Part shown: positions 61,781-64,000 of the stretch, one piece after another
Layout: every line of letters begins with the position of its first letter
How positions within the stretch are numbered: the stretch's first letter is position 1
Source of the DNA: a virus
DNA length: 64,000 nucleotides
IMG/VR virus record: IMGVR_UViG_3300044646_002092
Coordinates: 32,001 to 96,000 of that record
Direction: 5' to 3' (one strand)
Made by a program: the position numbers and the translations under genes
The notes under the pieces: generated by a model
Databases searched by the model: none
Told to the model about the DNA's origin: nothing
The model's input: the letters and a program-made list of their open reading frames with translations, nothing else

Positions 61781-63676
61781 CTAAAAAAATCCTGAAGGAA
61801 ATAGGCTAGGTTCTTGACTCATTCTCAGTTTCTGCTCTGGATTAGGTGAACGCACAAGTATAGACTCGGTATCACTAGCTGCTATCGGTCTATACCCAAT
61901 ATTGAAACTACTGACGCTACTACCGCCCAAAGCTCCAAGAATTTGCGTATATATTGCTATGTACGCATTTTGTCTATTATTTGGGTTAGTGCTATCAGGA
62001 GACGAGAAACTTGGCGCTAAACTAAAACTAGGAGCCGAAGGCACAACAGAATTGTCGTAAAAACGGTCGCCAGACGATGAACTTGACCCTATGCGCTCTG
62101 GGTTGACTTGATAGTAGTAACAGCCTTCGTGAGAAAAAAGCGGAGGCATACTATATCTTAAAACAAAGCTAAACTCTCCTCGACGAATAGGGAAGTAGCC
62201 AGTCTCAGGATTTGGCGGCGCATCCCAAGTTGTTATAACTTGATTTGGTAATGTTTTGAATAGTTCTCCATAAGGCGCACTACCCTCTACAAATAATGTT
62301 GATTTTCTCTCTAAGCCTGTAGCTCTATCAACAAAAAATGTGTATTGATTCTTAGTTAAAGGATATACATCAAGAATTTGCCCATAAGCCCACCAATACT
62401 TATATTGCCACTCATAACTGACACCACGTTTACCTACAGAGCTTTTTATTTCGTATGGATGATTTATTTTTCCTTCTGCCGTACCCATATCTAGTCGCAG
62501 GAGATTTGCACCTTCTTTTGAAGCTGCAAGTACACCAAAAGGATTAGGTCGAATTACATTTGATTTCTGAGAATACTTTTGCAAACTAAATCTAGCTTGG
62601 TCAGTGCCGTAGTCAGGTGATTGACGAGGAGAAAATAAAGTATAGTTAGTATTTCCTACATAAGTCGCATCTGAATTGCAAAACTCAGTAATATTTTTTT
62701 CTGTCAGCAACGCAGATTGCCTTGGACGTAATACAAGTTCAAGATTATAATCTGAAATTCTGTTGTGGACTATAACTCCAGTATTTTCCAATAACTTGTC
62801 ATCATTACTAACAGAGTATCTTCTCCACCTATATCTGAGTACTGATTGACCTCTGCACCAAGTATAGGAATAAGTAGGGGTGACACTGTATGACACAACA
62901 GTAAAATTGACACCATTAACAGTTGAGATTTTTTTATAGCGCTCATCACTAGCTGGAGCTACCCCTTCAATGGGTATTCTATCTTCTGGGTCAATTACCA
63001 TACAAGCCCAGATGCCTCCACCAAGATAGTTTAAGTTATCTAGAGAGAAGTTTGATTTAAAGCACTTTGGCAGTCCTACTGTATCAAGATTTAGTTGATA
63101 AATAGTCCTCTCCCCAATATTGATTCCGTCATTTTGAGGTGAGATGTCCGAATTATCGATGCTAACTAAAGTCCAATCTACCTCCTTAAGACCATCTTGC
63201 TTATTTTTGGTAGATTTTACATATGCAATGTGAGCAGACCATCCTTCTCGATTGGATGAATTGGCTGAGACGTATGCGCGTATCTGAGTCTGGTAACTAT
63301 CACAGAAAAAAGTATAGATTGGTTCATTAGTGCCCCTTAAATCCTCATCAATATACACAGAAAAATAATTAATAAGTTCACCATCAGACTCTGGGAACTT
63401 AACAGGAGCTGGCAGAGGAAACTTAGCAAGTATGGCGCTTTTTTCGAGGTTGGTTTGAGTTATTCTTAGACGCGAAATCGCCGTGGTTAAGGGAAGTCCC
63501 GTAAGTCTACGAACTGTGATGAGTTTGAATAGCGACTCATTCGGTGTCCTTTGCTTATTCCGTTTTTGTACCTTAGTGTCAACCGTTGATTGATTTGAGA
63601 CTAAAATCCACTCGGAAGTTTGCGAGTCCCTCAGATATACGCGACCCGCATTATCCCTTTTAACAAATCTTCCCAT
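61781..63676 (-). CDS. large hypothetical protein, probably virion
   Basis: 631-aa ORF. Confidence 0.65.
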   Translation of the reverse strand: MGRFVKRDNAGRVYLRDSQTSEWILVSNQSTVDTKVQKRNKQRTPNESLFKLITVRRLTGLPLTTAISRLRITQTNLEKSAILAKFPLPAPVKFPESDGELINYFSVYIDEDLRGTNEPIYTFFCDSYQTQIRAYVSANSSNREGWSAHIAYVKSTKNKQDGLKEVDWTLVSIDNSDISPQNDGINIGERTIYQLNLDTVGLPKCFKSNFSLDNLNYLGGGIWACMVIDPEDRIPIEGVAPASDERYKKISTVNGVNFTVVSYSVTPTYSYTWCRGQSVLRYRWRRYSVSNDDKLLENTGVIVHNRISDYNLELVLRPRQSALLTEKNITEFCNSDATYVGNTNYTLFSPRQSPDYGTDQARFSLQKYSQKSNVIRPNPFGVLAASKEGANLLRLDMGTAEGKINHPYEIKSSVGKRGVSYEWQYKYWWAYGQILDVYPLTKNQYTFFVDRATGLERKSTLFVEGSAPYGELFKTLPNQVITTWDAPPNPETGYFPIRRGEFSFVLRYSMPPLFSHEGCYYYQVNPERIGSSSSSGDRFYDNSVVPSAPSFSLAPSFSSPDSTNPNNRQNAYIAIYTQILGALGGSSVSSFNIGYRPIAASDTESILVRSPNPEQKLRMSQEPSLFPSGFF

Positions 63677-63994
63677 TTAGAAATTTACAAAGTGCTGGAA
63701 ATTACTACTGAAGCCGCCGTACTGACCAACCTGAGCATTTTGTTGACTTTTCCAGTTACCAACACTAGTTTTTCGACGAATCACACCGTTTGCGTCATAG
63801 AACTCATCTGGGGCAAGAGGTTTTTGAGGATTTCTAGGTGCTTGTTGCTTACTCATACCACGACCCACGCTGGCGCTTGCAATTGCCTCCTGCCTGTTCA
63901 AGCTAGGAGGAGCATTCTGCACTACTGCTGCCCTCTGGTCACGAGTCAGCGATAAAGGAGAAGCGTTTAAGGGAGAATTTCCCCAAGTCGGCAC
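63677..63994 (-). CDS. Q/A-rich protein ending in FQHFVNF (FANF-tag family); may extend beyond the window
   Basis: the C-terminal hexapeptide QHFVNF is identical to residues 2-7 of the 17379 ORF. Confidence 0.55.
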   Translation of the reverse strand: MPTWGNSPLNASPLSLTRDQRAAVVQNAPPSLNRQEAIASASVGRGMSKQQAPRNPQKPLAPDEFYDANGVIRRKTSVGNWKSQQNAQVGQYGGFSSNFQHFVNF

Positions 63995-64000
63995 GTTGGG

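Noticed and set aside
2385-63955. Numerous short overlapping or antisense ORFs in the track (e.g. 3929-, 7159-, 12823-, 29910+, 49480+, 57948+)
   Set aside because: They lie within or opposite better-supported genes and lack recognisable motifs; treated as shadow ORFs.

Overview
A 64-kb slice of a large, AT-rich tailed dsDNA phage genome. The host is probably a cyanobacterium; this is inferred from a cyanobacterial-style IsrB element, an RHH gene and an RlpA-like gene. The + strand mostly carries replication, recombination and nucleotide genes: AAA_24 ATPase, SSB, dUTPase, PD-(D/E)xK exonuclease, primase, RepA-type helicase, dNMP kinase, family A polymerase, B12-dependent class II RNR followed by a PduO-like adenosyltransferase, ThyA, macrodomain, RNA ligase with an in-frame stop, and PhoH. 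Virion genes (LamG, FN3 and fibre-like proteins, a DUF935-type portal) are scattered, often on the - strand. Also present are five free-standing homing endonucleases, an IsrB/omegaRNA element, two KilA-N paralogues, RuvC and six tRNAs. The best unexplained signals: (1) a recurring peptide tag [HNY]F[AV][ND]F on five otherwise unrelated proteins, including a kinase-like protein; (2) a promoter architecture GAYAGATR-N20-(-10-like hexamer) seen at nine intergenic sites; (3) nrdJ coupled to a PduO-like gene; (4) an orphan terminase-nuclease-like domain; (5) two unclassified structured intergenic RNAs; (6) a helically phased TTAGCA origin-like region. All family assignments come from recognising motifs by eye, not from database searches.
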